This document shows, one piece after another, positions 13,927 to 27,370 of a stretch of DNA of 64,000 nucleotides (position 1 is the first letter of the stretch; each line of letters opens with the position of its first letter). The notes beneath the pieces were generated by a model. The model was not told where the DNA came from and ran no database searches. It worked only from the letters and a program-made list of their open reading frames with translations. Both the position numbers and the translations under genes were made by a program. The stretch lies in assembly GCA_951406725.2 (NCBI GenBank), contig OX597826.1, positions 70,060,001-70,124,000 on the forward strand, read 5' to 3'. The stretch comes from Octopus vulgaris. Its lineage: Eukaryota.

Positions 13927-14182
13927 GTGGAGGCGCGTGGCTTAGTGGTTAGGGTGTCAGCATCATGATCGTAAGATTGTGGTTTCGATTCCTGGACCGG
14001 GCAACCCGTTACGTTCTTGAGCAAAACACTTCATTTCACGTTGCTCCACTTCACTCAGCTGGCAAAAATGAGTAACGCTGCGATCGACTGGTCTCCCGTC
14101 CAGCTGGGGAACACATACGCCATAGAAACCGGGAAACCGGGTCCATGAGCCTGACTAGGCTTGAAAAGGGCGCATTTATTTT
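13927..14182 (+). mobile_element. tRNA-derived SINE, family D
   Basis: A box tggcttagtgg, B box ggtttcgattcc; homologous copy at 56252-56513. Confidence 0.85.
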
Positions 14183-14228
14183 GTAATTTTTTATTTATTG
14201 TTGTCGTTGTTCTTGTTCTTGCTGCTGC

Positions 14229-14291
<63 letters not shown>

Positions 14292-14588
14292 CATATCAAG
14301 ATAAACAGCACATGGCCTTGCAGGTGCGGCCCGGTTAGAACTTTCTTCTGGTCGAGTAACCCATCCCGCTCAATAGGTCCCTGAATAAGGGTTATTAAAA
14401 AATGTTGAATGGAACACCCATGTTTCCAGAGGTGAATTATTCAAATCCCAAAGAATCCCTCTCAACACATGGCTATGATGCTCCCCCACTACTTCTGCTC
14501 GTGATCAGAGATGCACATATCGTCAGCCTCCAAGGGTCATGCTCAACTGGTTAAGGTCAAACAACTGACAAGCAAATCTGTGGTATTG

Positions 14589-14705
14589 AGACCGATAGAA
14601 TAAGTACTTGGGCTTACAAAGAATAAGTCCCGGGGTCGATTTGCTCGACTAAAGGCGGTGCTCCAGCATGGCCGCAGTCAAATGACTGAAACAAGTAAAA
14701 GAGAG
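14589..14705 (+). mobile_element. SINE family A 3' module, truncated
   Basis: Matches the family A tail. Confidence 0.85.
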
Positions 14706-15219
14706 AGAGGGAGAGAGAGAGAGAGAGAGTAAAAGAGAGTAATGTTCCTTACAATGACATAAGCCATCTCATTCGAAGGCGAGATGTAGTCAGTTCCAAC
14801 GACCCGAAGAGCTAGACACCGGAAGCAGGTAAAACGATGGTAAATTAGACGGGAGATGAGCTCAAATATGAAAAATGGCGGAACAAATATGGCAATGTAT
14901 TTTGTTTGACGCTCTAACGACTTTACCAACGCGCCATTGTAATTTTGGCCAAGTATCGAGAAGTTAATTTATCACGAAAAGTTTGCAAAGTTAAGTCTAC
15001 TACTTTCACGAAGTTTGTAAATTCTCATAAATAAAATTAAGATTAAAGAATGTGGTTTATCTGTGATTTCTGTAAATCGATAAAGTGATGGCTTTTAAAA
15101 GTGATGGATGAGAGATAGGGAGTTAAAGGCTGGATTTTAATTCACTCGCAGTAATATAACGTTTGGTGAAGAGGAGGACTGACTGACCGAATTAATTGAT
15201 GATGATGATGATGATGATG

Positions 15220-15268
<49 letters not shown>

Positions 15269-15306
15269 TGATAACAACAGCAACAACAACAACAACAATA
15301 ATAATG

Positions 15307-15363
<57 letters not shown>

Positions 15364-15377
15364 TTGATGATGATGAT

Positions 15378-15483
15378 GTAGGTAAAAGGGTGCATTGGAA
15401 TGCTAAACGAGTGTATGGTTTCAAAACAACGGAGAAGTGGTATGAAAACGAACCAGAGGCTGTGGCAGAAAATGAGAATTCTA
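15378..15483 (+). mobile_element. Short R4/Dong-like RLE fragment adjacent to (TAA)n
   Basis: Translates VGKRVHWNAKRVYGFKTTEKWYENEPEAVAENEN, the HW...WYExxP..V.EN linker between zinc knuckle and RLE. Confidence 0.75.
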
Positions 15484-16266
15484 AGGCGGCGAGCTGGCAG
15501 AAACGTTAGCACACCGGGCGAAATGGTCAGCGGTATTTCGTCTGCCGTTACGTTCTGAGTTCAAATTCCGCCGAGGTCGACTTTGCCTTTCATCCTTTCG
15601 GGGTTGATAAATTAAGTACCAGTTATGCACTAGGGTCGATGTAATCGACTTAATCCGTTTGTCTGTCCTTATTTGTCCCCTCTGTGTTTAGCCCCTTGTG
15701 GGTAGTAAAGAAATAGGTTTTTCGTCTGCCGCTACGTTCCAAGTTCAAAATCCGCCGAGGTCGACTTTGCCTTTCATCCTTTCGGAGTCGATAAATTAAG
15801 TACCAGTTATGCACTAGGGTCGATGTAATCGACTTAATCCCTTTATCTGTCCTTGTTTGTCCCCTCTGTGTTTAGCCCCTTGTGGGTAGTAAAGAAATAG
15901 GTTTTTCGTCTGCCGCTACGTTCCAAGTTCAAAATCCGCCGAGGTCGACTTTGCCTTTCATCCTTTCGGAGTCGATAAATTAAGTACCAGTTATGCACTA
16001 GGGTCGATGTAATCGACTTAATCCCTTTATCTGTCCTTGTTTGTCCCCTCTGTGTTTAGCCCCTTGTGGGTAGTAAAGAAATAGGTTTTTCGTCTGCCGC
16101 TACGTTCCAAGTTCAAAATCCGCCGAGGTCGACTTTGCCTTTCATCCTTTCGGAGTCGATAAATTAAGTACCAGTTACGCACTGGGGTCGATGTAATCGA
16201 CTTAATCCCTTTATCTGTCCTTGTTTGTCCTCTCTGTGTTTAGCCCCTTGTGGGCAATAAAGAAAC
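15484..16266 (+). mobile_element. SINE family B tandem array: head plus four units, 184-bp period
   Basis: Unit starts at 15533, 15717, 15901 and 16085. Confidence 0.92.
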
Positions 16267-16360
16267 AAGACGTAAAAGATAAAATAAAATAAAAGATTCA
16301 TCTCTCCAGAACCTGTTCGGATTTAATATTACGGTCGCAAGAAATGTTTTAGTTCTTTTC

Positions 16361-16568
16361 TTCCCCAGCTAGACGGGACGCCAGTCCATCGCAGCGTTAC
16401 TCAAGAAACAGGAAGAGAGAGTGAGAGAAAGTTGTGGCGAAAGAGTGCAACAGGGGTCGCCACCACCCCTTACCGGAGTCTCGTGGAGCTTTTAGGTGTT
16501 TCCGCTCAATCAACACACACAACGCCCGGTCTGGGAATCGAAATCGCGATCCTCCGACCGCGAGTCCG
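16361..16568 (-). mobile_element. Mosaic SINE, C-type head and body with D-type distal segment
   Basis: Body matches 500-650; gagtaacgctgcgatggactggcgtcccgtc matches about 14070-14100. Confidence 0.75.
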
Positions 16569-16594
16569 GTGTCCAAGTTCTAAATTTCCCCAAG

Positions 16595-16638
16595 ACACCT
16601 GAAGAAAGCTGGAGGGTATATCAGTCGAAACGTTGTGC
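16595..16638 (+). ncRNA. Minimal type I hammerhead ribozyme-like motif, probably a PLE terminal repeat (about 16570-16740)
   Basis: acac-CTGAAGA-a-agctgg...tcagtc-GAAA-cgtt-gtgc; palindromic aacgtt replaces stem III. Confidence 0.65.
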
Positions 16639-16899
16639 TAACAACAAACAAGATGAGGACAAGAATCCGTCGAATGAAAATAATGTAAATAATGTAAATA
16701 ATGTACATAATTCCTCCTCTCTTACATATAGAACTGTTGTTGGTAAGACATGTTCATCTAAATTTCTGCTCGATTAGAATTTCACTTGTTTATGAAGAAC
16801 GGAGACGGAAGCGGTGAGGACAGTGGTGGTGACACCCCCCGGGTCAAAGAAGAAAAAAAGAAAAGGAAGAAATCTAGAATGTGTGTATGTGTGTGTACT

Positions 16900-17221
<322 letters not shown>

Positions 17222-17579
17222 TAGAGAGATAGATATAGAGGCAGACGGACGGACGGACAGACAGACGGGCGGACGGATAAATAGAGGGCGATAATGAGAA
17301 AAAGATTAAAAGAAAAATGATTAAAACAAAGATAAAAAGAAAGTTGAAAGAAAGAAAGAAAGAAAGGAACGAAAGGAAGACAGACAGACAGAAAGAAAGA
17401 CATGGAGAAGGAGGGAGAAAGAGAGAAACAGAGAAACAGAGAGAGGGGGCGGCGAGAGGTAAAATAAAGTGGAAATGAATATGAAATTTGATTGATCCTG
17501 TGTGATACAAAGTCATTCATTTAGTAATATGACATCAATGACAGTGTGTGCCTGTGTGTATGCGTGTGTTTGTATGTGT

Positions 17580-17643
<64 letters not shown>

Positions 17644-17784
17644 TTGGGCGCACACGCGTGTGGGTTTGAATGTGAATGCTTGGTTTTATGTGGGTCTGTT
17701 TGCGAATGTATGTATTTGCGGATAAGTGTTCCTGAGAGTACGAATGTAGTTTGTGCCTAGCTGTCTTTCCATTTGTGTGGTGTA

Positions 17785-18241
17785 TACTCTTTTACTCTGT
17801 TACTCTTTTTTACTCTTTTTACTTGTTTCAGTCATTTGACTGTGGCCATGCTGGAGCACCGCCTTTTAGTCGATCGAGCAAATCGACCCCCAGGACTTAT
17901 TCTTCGTAAGCCTAGTCCTTATTCTATCGGTCTCTTTTGCCGAACCGCTAAGTTATGGGGACGTAAACACACCAGCATCGGTTGTCAAGCGATATTGGGG
18001 GAACAAACACAAACACTCAAACATATACACACACATACACACACACACACATACATATATATGTATACAATACATATATACGATGGGCTTCTTTCAGTTT
18101 CCGTCTACCAAATCCACTCACAAGGCTTTGGTCGGCCCGAGGCTATAGAAGACACTTGCTGAAGGTGCCACGCAGTGGGACTGAAACCGGAACTATGTTG
18201 TTGGTAAGCAAGCTACTTACCACACAGCCACTCCTACGCCT
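17785..18241 (-). mobile_element. SINE family A, full length
   Basis: Head, internal microsatellite and tail present. Confidence 0.9.
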
Positions 18242-18439
18242 TTGTGCTTGTATGTATATATGTGGTGTGTGCGTGTGTGTGTCTCTGAGTGTACTTAAGC
18301 CACATTTGTGTGTGTGTGTGCGCATGCGTATGTGTGTATATGTGTATATGGGCATCTGAGCTTGTGTTTGTGTGGCTGTGTGTGTATGTGTGTATTCGTG
18401 AGGCTCTATGTTTGTGCACATGTGTGTTTCTGATTGTGT

Positions 18440-18481
<42 letters not shown>

Positions 18482-18590
18482 TGTGCGTATGCGTGCGTGT
18501 ATGTGTGTGTGTGTGTATGCATCAGCGTTTGCATCTATGAATGCGTATTTGTGAGCGAGTGCATATGTGTGTATGTGTTCATATACATTT

Positions 18591-18662
<72 letters not shown>

Positions 18663-18784
18663 ACTAAACCGTACTAGTAAAATCAGCCAAAAGAACAAAA
18701 ATTATAGAAACTAAACAGAAATCCTACAAGATAGGATTTTTAAAAAATATGAATAATTTAATTTACCAAAACTAGTAGTGAGAG

Positions 18785-18890
18785 AAAAAAAAAATTTACT
18801 AAACAAAAATTACTATGAAAAAAATTTGCTTAGCAAAAGCTACTATGAAAAAAAATTACTGAACAAAAATTGCTATGAAAAAAAACTACT
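18785..18890. repeat. Degenerate A-rich minisatellite of about 30 bp
   Basis: ctatgaaaaaaa recurs at about 30-bp spacing. Confidence 0.6.
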
Positions 18891-19175
18891 TTTTAAACCT
18901 AGTGTCTAAAACATACTATGTAAAACTATGTAGAAGGAGTTTTGTAAAAGAGAATCTAATGCAATTATGTAATGTCAATGAGTTCAGTAAAAATCCAAAG
19001 ACAGCCATAATTGCAGTCGTTTAAAACTCCGTCATAATCGTCGCAATGGTGGCAGTCATTAACGGTCTTCTCTGTCATGTTAATTTTCTCTATATTTGCA
19101 TATACTTATCATCTCTCTCGCTCTTTCTCTCTCTCTCTCAATCTATCTATCTAGCTAGCTAGCTGCTAGCTATTT

Positions 19176-19206
<31 letters not shown>

Positions 19207-19499
19207 CCCTTGTGTAGCTCTCCTACTCTCTTTCTAACTCTCCAACTTTTTCTCCGTCTCCCTCTCGCTCTCTCATCTCTCTCGCATTTTCTCCTCATCG
19301 CTTTTTTCTTTTCCTCTTTCTCATTTTCTATTTCTCAATATTTGTTCTCTCTCTTTCTCTTTCTCTTTCTCTCTCCCTCCTCTGTCTCTTCTTCCTCTAT
19401 CTCTCTGGCTAGCTCTCTCTCTCTCTCTCTCTCTCTCTTCCACCAACTTTTCTCGGTCCACCCTCCCTTTGTCTCTCTCTTTCCCTTTCTCTCTCTCTC

Positions 19500-19560
<61 letters not shown>

Positions 19561-19606
19561 ATACATATATATTGTATCTATATACAAACACACACAGATA
19601 TATACA

Positions 19607-19643
<37 letters not shown>

Positions 19644-19684
19644 GTCTGTCTATCTACCTATCTATCTATCTATCTATCTATCTA

Positions 19685-19718
<34 letters not shown>

Positions 19719-19799
19719 AGAATAAATGTTTTTATATATAATGAACGTGGAATACAGGAAGGGACGAACACGGAACACAGACAAATCATTCGAAGCCTT

Positions 19800-19846
<47 letters not shown>

Positions 19847-19912
19847 GTTATGATGTTAATACAGAGGAAATTTAATCATGGCGTACCAAGGGTGATTGTT
19901 TATAAACAATTT

Positions 19913-19965
<53 letters not shown>

Positions 19966-20087
19966 CATAAATACATCCCTCGCTCTCTGTACGGATCTAC
20001 GGATCTCTCTACTTGCCTTAGTATCCTTTCTCTCTCATCCTTTCTCTGTCTCTCTCTCTCCCTTTCTCTCTCTCTCTCTCTCTTCCT

Positions 20088-20129
<42 letters not shown>

Positions 20130-20670
20130 CCCTTCAACACTCTCCATTGTCTGTTTTATCTCCATTTCGTCTCAGTTTCTCCATAACGTCCTCCATTTTG
20201 TTAGTTTATTTTTCTAGTCTTTCATTTTCATTGCCTTCCATTTTCTTTCTTCTTTTTTTTTTTTCTCCTTTAGTTTCCGTCTCTCAGTTTTAAATTGTTT
20301 TGAATCGTTCTGGAAAGGATTTTGTCGTTCTTATTGTTGTCGTTGATGGTTGCTGTTTTTTGTTTTTTTTACTATTTATACTGTTTTTTTGCTGTTGTTG
20401 ATATGTTTCTTATTGATTTTGATATTGTTATTGTTGTTGCATTTGATATCGTGTGATTGTTTACGCTTTTGTTTATTTGTTTTTGTTTGGCATCGTTTCA
20501 TACGACGTTTTTGTGATTTTTACAGATATTTTTTTTTTTAACCAAATTTTACGAAGCGCGAAGTTAGGAAATGCAAGAGCTCTGCAACACAGTCTCTGCT
20601 GTTACCGTCAGAAGCACAAAGTTTCCACAAATGGTCTAAATATACCCACAGAATCTCTAAACTGTACAAT

Positions 20671-20708
<38 letters not shown>

Positions 20709-20709
<1 letters not shown>

Positions 20710-20949
20710 CAGATAGTGCTCATGGGAACTGGTCATATTCTACGCAAAATACTCTCTATGTAATTCTAAGATTTAAAACAAAAGTTGTCTTTTTTATGTA
20801 TTAGACATTCACTAGTACAACACAACACAACCCCCCCAATATATGGCACTCTAGGCATAACAACAACGTGAACTTCCAGCCTGTTGTCTCTTGAGGTCTC
20901 TGGGTGAGACTTGGAGCCAACTTGTACAGACATAAAGCAAAAGTCAAAC

Positions 20950-20952
<3 letters not shown>
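20709..20952 (+). mobile_element. 5'-truncated Dong/R4-like element (ORF end plus 3' UTR) within (TAA)n
   Basis: QIVLMGTGHILRKILSM* is the typical RLE C-terminus; (TAA)n on both sides. Confidence 0.8.
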
Positions 20953-21020
<68 letters not shown>

Positions 21021-21170
21021 TGTTTGCATTACATGGAGATATATCTCTACTTCCCTCCCCAAGCTTTCAGCTGTATTTCAACAACTCTTAACCTTCACTT
21101 GCCCTAGGGCGCTGGGTGTGCCCCGGCAGGTGATTGCATCAAACATGCAGATTAAAAGTAAATGACAATG

Positions 21171-21248
<78 letters not shown>

Positions 21249-21442
21249 GTTTCCAAATTGGATACTAGGTCGATAGTTTTAAAGGAAAGGTATTAGTCAA
21301 TTGACTGGAACCCAGTACTTGAATCGTATTCTGTTTTACCGAATATATAAACTACCAAAACGAGACACACATATAGATCCATCCATACATATGTATGTGT
21401 GTGGGTGTCTATAAACATACATACATACATATATATATAAAT

Positions 21443-21790
21443 GGAAAGCAAGACAAACAAAATAAAGAATGACCCTTCATCAGTTGTTGGCTATTTTTTC
21501 TACTCTCGTATTTCGAGCATTTAACAACAATATACGCTTTCGATAAAACAGTTGCTCGTTCGCCACCACAACCTCGTTTAGGCTTCGCAGCTCTTCCTGT
21601 TTCTTTTCTCTGTCCCGGTTGTTACCAATTTTGACCCCCTGCAAAATCCCACATTTTATTTAATTTGCTTTGCGGGAGCAACTGTTTTATCGAAAGCGTA
21701 TATTGTTGTTAAATGCTCGAAATGCGAGAGTAGAAAAAACAGCCAGCAACTGATGAAGAGTCATTCTTTATGATGTTTGTTTTGCTTTCC
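21443..21790. repeat. Inverted repeat, arms about 115 bp (21443-21557, 21676-21790), 118-bp spacer
   Basis: Manual alignment gives about 7 mismatches and no gaps. Confidence 0.9.
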
Positions 21791-21886
21791 TTTTGAGACT
21801 TTCGTTGTTCGATAAAATAGTTCATATTGCATGTACTCGTACTTCGTATTTTTTCTTGTAAACGTTTCGTGACGTCCTGTACCCAC

Positions 21887-21941
<55 letters not shown>

Positions 21942-21982
21942 TGTATAGATGTAAATGTGTATGTATACGTATGTATATGCGC

Positions 21983-22014
<32 letters not shown>

Positions 22015-22139
22015 TATTATATATATATATTATTACATGATTGAACACCATGTATCCTCTTCCAATGTATGTATGTATGTATGTATGTGTGTTTGTATGT
22101 GTGTATGTATATGTATATATATGTATGTATGTGTGTGTG

Positions 22140-22352
22140 TATGTTTGTGTGTCTGTATTTGTCCCCCTCCATCACTTGACAACCATAGTTGGTGTGCTTG
22201 CGTCCCTTTAACTTAGCGGTTCGGTCAATGAGCCCGATAGAATAAGTACTAGGCTTACAGAGAATAAGTCCTGGGATCGATTTGTTTGATAAAGGTGGTG
22301 CTCCAGCATGGCCACCGTCAAATGACTGGAACAAATAAAAGAGCAAAAGAGA
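22140..22352 (+). mobile_element. SINE family A 3' module
   Basis: Matches the family A tail. Confidence 0.8.
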
Positions 22353-22437
22353 ATATATATGCATACACTTACACATGCAAACTCATTTGTGTGTGTGTAT
22401 GTGTTTGTGTGTGTGTGTGTGTGTGTGTATGTGTGTG

Positions 22438-22488
<51 letters not shown>

Positions 22489-23405
22489 ATGTGTACGTGC
22501 GTGTGTGTATGTGTGAATATGAAGTAATAAAACTACTTTGCAAAATTATGTAAAATTATGTAATCTCTGCAAAACTAAAACCAATTCCGGTCCCTCGATT
22601 TAATATACAAAACAGTAACAAATCGTCAGAAAAAAAACCCATGAAATATATATATACAATAATGTCCCCTTACTGCCTGATTTCCTGCCTCTTCGAGGTC
22701 GACTTTGTTTCCCAGTCCTCTGGGGTCGGGGTTATCAAAGGTACTTATATATATAGTTAAGTGAACCCCCCAAAAAAAATATTTTAAATTATTTAAAATT
22801 GCACTATTGCATTTCTTTCTTTCGTCACATGGATTAATCATTAAAATTAACAATTTATACATTTTTTATTTCTCACTAATTAGTTAATTAAACATTTATC
22901 AGCTTACTATATTAAATACGTTAGTACGCACTTAACTCTGTTTCCCATGAGGAAGACGTTTTGGGCAATTTCCCCCCAGTCACTCCTTCGATCTGAAGAT
23001 CCAACGGAGCCGTGAAACATACGAGATTGGTATGATCGTTTTAATCATCAACCAGGCGCCATGACACCATCGCCAATCTAGTATCAGCTTTTTTATTCCT
23101 GACTGAGGCTTAAACTGTTAGAAATTATTGTTATTATTTCTGTTGTTATTGCTGTTAGTCACTAATATTCAACATCCTGTTTGTTGAAAGAGTCAATAAT
23201 AACTAGCACAGCTCCACTAACATCGTACAATAAATTTAAGCTATTGGCGTTTAATCTGTGCATATACCGTAGCCAAAAGCAAGCCAGTCTCGGGCACTTT
23301 ATTATTATAGAAGAATTAAACTAATACGCATGTGTGTGTGTGTGTCTGATATGTGTATGTGTATGTCACTGCATGAATCCATGTGTATGTGTGTATATAC
23401 GTATG

Positions 23406-23477
<72 letters not shown>

Positions 23478-23545
23478 CATGCCTGTATACATATATACAT
23501 ATATGTATATATGCATGTATACATACATACATATACATATATGTA

Positions 23546-23695
<150 letters not shown>

Positions 23696-23756
23696 AATTT
23701 ATGTGTGTGTGCCTCTACGTATTTGCATGTATGCATATATACACATACACACATAC

Positions 23757-24018
23757 AGTTATTCTATTCAGATTACAAGTTCAGGTTTATACCTGTAATT
23801 ATTAGGGTCCTGCGATATGTAACACACTGCCTAAATACCAATCTTGAGAAATTAGGCTTCTCAAAACCAGAAAGGAGAAGGTTAATCTGAAGACTACAGA
23901 TCCAATCCATCACCGGAACTGTAAAAATCTGTAAGACTTTCCAAAAGTTTATCATTTAAATATCTATATGAGCATGTCTAAACATGTAACCATATGCATG
24001 AGAATACACGAACAAAAC
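23757..24018 (+). mobile_element. RLE-type LINE 3' end (second family) followed by (CATA)n
   Basis: YSDYKFRFIPVII...NLEKLGFSK...RLQIQSITGTVKICKTFQKF, stop near 23958, short UTR. Confidence 0.8.
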
Positions 24019-24044
24019 ATACATACATACATACATACATACAT

Positions 24045-24075
<31 letters not shown>

Positions 24076-24237
24076 TACATACAAATAAGAAGAATTTAGC
24101 TTTGCAAACCATATCCACATGTTCACACTCTTACATGCATACATACATACACACACATACGTACGTACGTACATCCATCCATTGCATACATGTGTAAATA
24201 TATATTTACATAAGCATATATATATGTGGGGGGGGGG

Positions 24238-24510
24238 AAGACGCAATGGTCCAGTGGTTAGGGCAGCGGACTCGCAGTCGTAGGATCGCGGTTTCGATTC
24301 CCAGAGTGAGTGTTTATTGAGCGAAAACACCTAAAGTAGGGGGTGGTGGCGAATCCCTGCTGTACTCTTTCAGCACAACTTTCTCTCATTCTTTCTTCTG
24401 TTGATCTGCTCGCTTAGCCAGCGGGTTGACGTCATTTGAAGACTAAAACAATGCGAAGCGCACTGTGACCAGCGATGTGCAGCAACATCTGACAGCCTGG
24501 TCGGTCACGT
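24238..24510 (+). mobile_element. tRNA-derived SINE, family C
   Basis: tggtccagtggttagggcagcggactcg...ggtttcgattcc; homologous to 486-772. Confidence 0.85.
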
Positions 24511-24531
24511 TATATATATATATATATATAT

Positions 24532-24586
<55 letters not shown>

Positions 24587-26270
24587 CATACATACATACA
24601 TACATATACGTATATATGTGTATATACGTGTGTGTATGTATATATCCATATGTATATATATATGCGCGTATGTATGCACATGTGTATGTACGAGAATGTA
24701 TGTTTATGTAGGTATTATGTATGTATACGCAGGCATGACTGTGAGCGTGAGAAGTTTACGTGTGTGTGCGTATGTGTGTGCATGCGTGTGTGCGTGTGTG
24801 TGTGTGTACGTGCGTGCGTGCGTGTGTATGTGTGCAATTGTTTGTGATGGGTCACTTTACCGGTTGGGCAAATAGACATTGATTAAAGAATAAAAGAATA
24901 AAAGAATATATATACATAACTTAAAGAGTAATGTACTGAATGCCGTTGGCCATAAATACTTAGTCTATTGAAATTTCCTTCTGTGCTGTACAAAGAAAAC
25001 AAAACCCTACCGGTAATTGTAAGCAAATCTCAAAGGAAAGGGCGATAATTTGAAGGCACAAAGAGTCGATTTCTAAAGCTAATTTACATGCTTAGAAAAG
25101 AAACGGTTTGATTTCCCCTTCATGTACATACATACAAACATATGGTTGTGTATATGTGTGTGTATATATGTATTTTATAATTTTCTCTTTCATATTACAG
25201 GAATATGTGCATACTGTATATAATAGCGCAAGTATATATTTATATTGTCATGCAATAAATAGAAAAATTCGTCAATATTCTCAAGTGGCAATATTCAACA
25301 CAAAACTGACGGTAACGATCTGGCCAGTTGTAAGCCATAGCTAGAAAAATATTGCTCGACAGTGTGTATATATGTATGTGTGTGTATATATATATTTATA
25401 TATATATATACACAGGCAGACAGGCAGACAGGCAGACAGAAAGACGGATAGATATACAAGTAGGTAGGTAGACAGGATGGCAGAAAGACAAGCAGGCTGA
25501 CAGACAGACAGACGAATAGACGGATAGATGGATGGATGGATGGATACATTCATACATACATACATACATACATACATACATACATACATACATACACAAT
25601 CTTCTCTTGGTGAGAGGATCCAGCTTTATCGTAACATCTCCATGTAGCTAGTTGTTATTTACCCATCATTTTTTCTTTTTCATTTTTCATCAGCAAGGTA
25701 TATGATTTTCTTCGTAAGTCTGAGCTTTCTGAAACAGCTGTCGAGTTACGAAATTATCTATTTTCTTCATATGTGTGTGCGTGTGTATATGTGTTTGTGT
25801 GTCTCTGTGTGTTTATATATATATATATGATGCCTAATTGTGTTTACGAGCATTATTACGTCCGTGTCAGCTCGTTTGGGATACCTCTAATCGCCACTCT
25901 TGTCCTAGGTGAAGAATTTGGCGTACAAATTTATTTGAGCACTACTATTTGTTTTCTATACTGAGCATATCTAGTTCTCACCTTCAGATCTCTCTATCCT
26001 CTCTCTCTCTCTCTCTTCCACTCTCTCTCTCTCTCTTTCACTGTCTCCCTCTTTCTCATACATATAAGTAGACATACATGCACACATACGCACACACATA
26101 TATGCATATAAATATATATAAATATTTATATGCACATGTGTGTATATATATATATATACATACATACACCTATATATGTGTGTTTGTGTGTGTATATATA
26201 TATAATAAGGGCTTCTCTCTTTCTCTCCCTGCCTTTCCCCTCTCTCTCTCTTTATATATATATATGTATG

Positions 26271-26320
<50 letters not shown>

Positions 26321-27075
26321 AACACACAAACACACACACACATATATATATATACCTACATACATTCACGTATACATATATGTAAATGGATAAATTCATT
26401 GTGCAAGTGTATATGATACTTTATTCACACACACACACTCACATACACTCACACACACACACAGAGATATGTGTGTGTGTGTGTGTGTGTATTCGTATGC
26501 ATGCGTATACATGTACGTTTATGCTCAAAAGTGTGCGTAAGCGTCTGAAATTATTTATAGGCCGAGCGCCCGCTCCCCCACTTCACAACACCCAACCAAA
26601 TAATTGCTTATTACGCGGAATGTCAACATCTTTTCTCTCTCTGTTGCTCCGTCCTCATTTGAAACTAAACGATGTGGTCGATGTTAACCGTGTTCACACC
26701 CAATTTAGCAATGTTATTAAAAGACACACACTAATACCACCACCGCCGCCGCCACCGCCACCGCCACCGCCACCGCCACCGCATCCCTCCACAACCGCCG
26801 GGCCCGTCGACAAACCACCCACCACAACACACCGTTACCACCCCAGCTTCTTCGTCACGTCCACCAGCAGACCCACCGTCAGGAGGCCATTACGAACTAC
26901 TCCATGCCTACCACGACCGACCGACCGACCGACCAAGCAACCAACCATGCCTACCGCGACCGTTCCGTTATCACCGCGCGCCCCGCTGTCATCGGGGCAC
27001 CAGCGGCACCGCAACCGACCGCGCCACCGACCGTCACCGCAAATACCTACGAGCAGAAACTACCAACACGACCTA

Positions 27076-27276
27076 CAACCACCACCACCACCACCACTAC
27101 TACTACTACCACCACCACCACCACACTACTACTACTACTACTACTACCGCCACCACCACCACTACTACCACCACCACCACCACACTACTACTACTACCAC
27201 CACCACCACCACCACTACTACCACCACCACCACCACACTACTACTACTACTACCACCACCACCACCACCACCACTA

Positions 27277-27318
<42 letters not shown>

Positions 27319-27370
27319 CACTACCACTACTACTACTACTACTACCACTACTACTACTGCTGCTGCTGCT
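27076..27370. repeat. (CAC)n/(TAC)n compound microsatellite
   Basis: Direct inspection. Confidence 0.95.

Noticed and set aside
13927-14000. tRNA gene
   Set aside because: A and B boxes are present but run into a SINE body that recurs elsewhere with a TSD; no full cloverleaf
14296-14588. Complex-sequence block that looks like an interspersed repeat
   Set aside because: Single occurrence in the window with no ORF or termini, so it cannot be classified
15533-16266. 184-bp arrays as CRISPR or as hammerhead retrozymes
   Set aside because: No unique spacers, and no CUGANGA/GAAA core found in the unit on either strand
22988-23040. cgat-CTGAAGA...GAAA-catac...gtatg-atcg hammerhead-like junction
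   Set aside because: No UH cleavage site between stems III and I, and stem II is poor; probably chance
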